Positions 53,717-55,259 of a stretch of DNA of 55,259 nt are shown here, piece after piece. A program made the position numbers and the translations under genes. The notes beneath the pieces are model-generated. The model was not told where the DNA came from. It saw only the letters and a list, made by a program, of their open reading frames with translations, and did no database searches. Every line of letters starts with the position of its first letter. The stretch's first letter is position 1. The DNA is taken from NCBI GenBank assembly GCA_964194935.1, contig CAXMOL010000066.1, positions 1-55,259 of the forward strand, written 5' to 3'. The DNA comes from an uncultured Kiloniellaceae bacterium. GTDB taxonomy: Bacteria > Actinomycetota > Acidimicrobiia > Spongiisociales > UBA11373.

Positions 53717-55259
53717 GTGCACCGGATTCGACCTCGCCTCGGACTGCGTCGACGTCGCAGTACCTGCTTGACCGATCGCTGGCGACATTGCGCAGCACGG
53801 CGATCGACTGGTCGGTGCGGAGTCTGGACGATCGCATTGCCGATTTGGAGGGGATACGGGCGAGGACGATGCAAGCCGCTCCTGATCTTGTCGCAGATGC
53901 AATGCGCGCCAAGGGCATTGACCGTGATCTGGCAGGAGAGGAATGGATCGCAGGGCCCTTGGCGGTGTTGCGCACCACTCGATTCCTCCAGCAGACCCTT
54001 GAAGGGATAGGCCGTCGGGGCGAGGTTCCACTTCCCGACTCGGCGATCAGGGAACTGCCGGATGGCCAAGTGACGGTTGACGTGCTTCCCGGCGACGGTT
54101 GGGATCGACTGCTCTATCCGGGCTGGACCGCATCAGTCAGGATGGACCCCGCCATAAGCCGTGGCCAGGCGCGGCACCATCTCGGCGGTATCTACACGAA
54201 GCCGGAAACGGCCACGTCGGCGGTTGCGGTTGTTCTCGGCGCCGGGAATGTGTCGAGCATCGCCCCTCTCGACCTGGTGCAGAAACTCTTTGTCGAGGGC
54301 CATGTGGCCATGCTCAAGTTCAACCCGATAAACGACTACATGGGCCCGTATGTCGAACACGCCTTTTCGGATCTGATCAGTGCGGGCTTCGTCCGGACGT
54401 CCTACGGGGGTGCGAGTGTCGGTGATCACCTGGTGCGGCACCCCGAGGTTGATGAGGTGCACATCACCGGTTCGGAGTCGTCGCATGACGCCATCGTGTT
54501 CGGTTCCGGAGTCCAAGGTGCCGCCCGCAAGGCAAGAAACGAGACGCTGTTGAAGAAGCCGATCACAAGCGAACTTGGCAATGTGAGTCCTGTGATCGTC
54601 ATGCCCGGGGCATGGGACAGGCGAGCTATGTCGTATCAAGCCGAGAATGTGGCGACCCAATTGCTGCAGAACGCCGGATACAACTGCACCGCAGCCAAGG
54701 TGATCGTGCTCCCGGAGGCGTGGGAGCAGCGGGAGGAGTTCTTGGATTTGGTCGGAGCGAAGCTGGCATCCCGACCGGAGCGCAGCGCCTATTACCCCGG
54801 ATCGATCGAGCGGTATCGCCGCGTCGTGGACGCCGGCGGAGACGTGCGGACCTATGGCACTTCTGCCGACGAACTGCCACCGACCATCGTCGGTCTGGAC
54901 TCGGAGATCGATCATCCGGCCTTTGCCGAGGAGGCGTTCTGTCGTGTGATGGCAGCAGTCAACCTGCCTGGGGCCGACGCTGCCGACTTTCTGGGGCGCG
55001 CCGTCGAGTTCTGCAATGACCGTTTGCGGGGAACGCTCAACGTGACAGTGCTGGTCGATAAGCCGACCCTCAAAGCGAATCGTCGGGCCATAGAACGCGC
55101 TGTTGACGATCTCCGCTACGGCACGGTTGGAGTAAACGTTTGGGCCGCCGCCGGTTTCCCGCTTGGAGTGACCCCATGGGGTGCGTTCCCCGGCCACACC
55201 ATGGATGACATCGGCAGTGGTGTTGGCTTCGTTCACAATGCCCGGTTGGTGGATCGACC
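53713..55259 (+). CDS. Aldehyde dehydrogenase family protein (partial, runs off the window; not in the ORF track)
   Basis: Translated by hand from GTG 53713: VLGAGNVSS, MLKFNP, HITGS, ITSELGNVSP and NAGYNC (catalytic Cys). Confidence 0.9.
   Translation, partial: MSAPDSTSPRTASTSQYLLDRSLATLRSTAIDWSVRSLDDRIADLEGIRARTMQAAPDLVADAMRAKGIDRDLAGEEWIAGPLAVLRTTRFLQQTLEGIGRRGEVPLPDSAIRELPDGQVTVDVLPGDGWDRLLYPGWTASVRMDPAISRGQARHHLGGIYTKPETATSAVAVVLGAGNVSSIAPLDLVQKLFVEGHVAMLKFNPINDYMGPYVEHAFSDLISAGFVRTSYGGASVGDHLVRHPEVDEVHITGSESSHDAIVFGSGVQGAARKARNETLLKKPITSELGNVSPVIVMPGAWDRRAMSYQAENVATQLLQNAGYNCTAAKVIVLPEAWEQREEFLDLVGAKLASRPERSAYYPGSIERYRRVVDAGGDVRTYGTSADELPPTIVGLDSEIDHPAFAEEAFCRVMAAVNLPGADAADFLGRAVEFCNDRLRGTLNVTVLVDKPTLKANRRAIERAVDDLRYGTVGVNVWAAAGFPLGVTPWGAFPGHTMDDIGSGVGFVHNARLVDR

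Noticed and set aside
54133-55236. 367-aa minus-strand ORF at the right end
   Set aside because: The plus-strand ALDH, omitted by the track because it has no stop in the window, explains the region.

Overview
This is a GC-rich chromosomal window that looks actinobacterial, probably Acidimicrobiia-like. That assignment is inferred from an LLM/F420 oxidoreductase, a PAC2-family protein, MurT/GatD, an actinobacterial LexA box and many leaderless genes. I found no rRNA, tRNA, CRISPR array, prophage or transposase. About 60 CDSs are mostly housekeeping. They include a TPP-riboswitch thiamine salvage operon (thiN-thiBPQ), an SOS-boxed dnaE2, ribokinase with nucleoside hydrolase, murT-gatD, aroQ, a thiolase and a truncated aldehyde dehydrogenase at the right edge. 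The strongest unexplained signal is a bipartite motif, CTCAAG-N14/15-(A/G)CCGAT. It occurs four times, each just upstream of a start codon: a type IV pilin, two orphan histidine kinases and a NERD-like protein. It resembles a FliA/WhiG (sigma28)-type promoter. One of those kinases is divergent from two tandem paralogous surface proteins. These share a signal peptide and a C-terminal anchor but carry completely different repeat stalks. Other oddities are 7-bp tandem repeats inserted in frame inside dnaE2, a helically phased operator with an unannotated 50-aa ORF ahead of an RHH/DUF4097 pair, a CapA-RTX fusion and a possible ATC start codon. All product names come from motif recognition by eye; no database searches were run.
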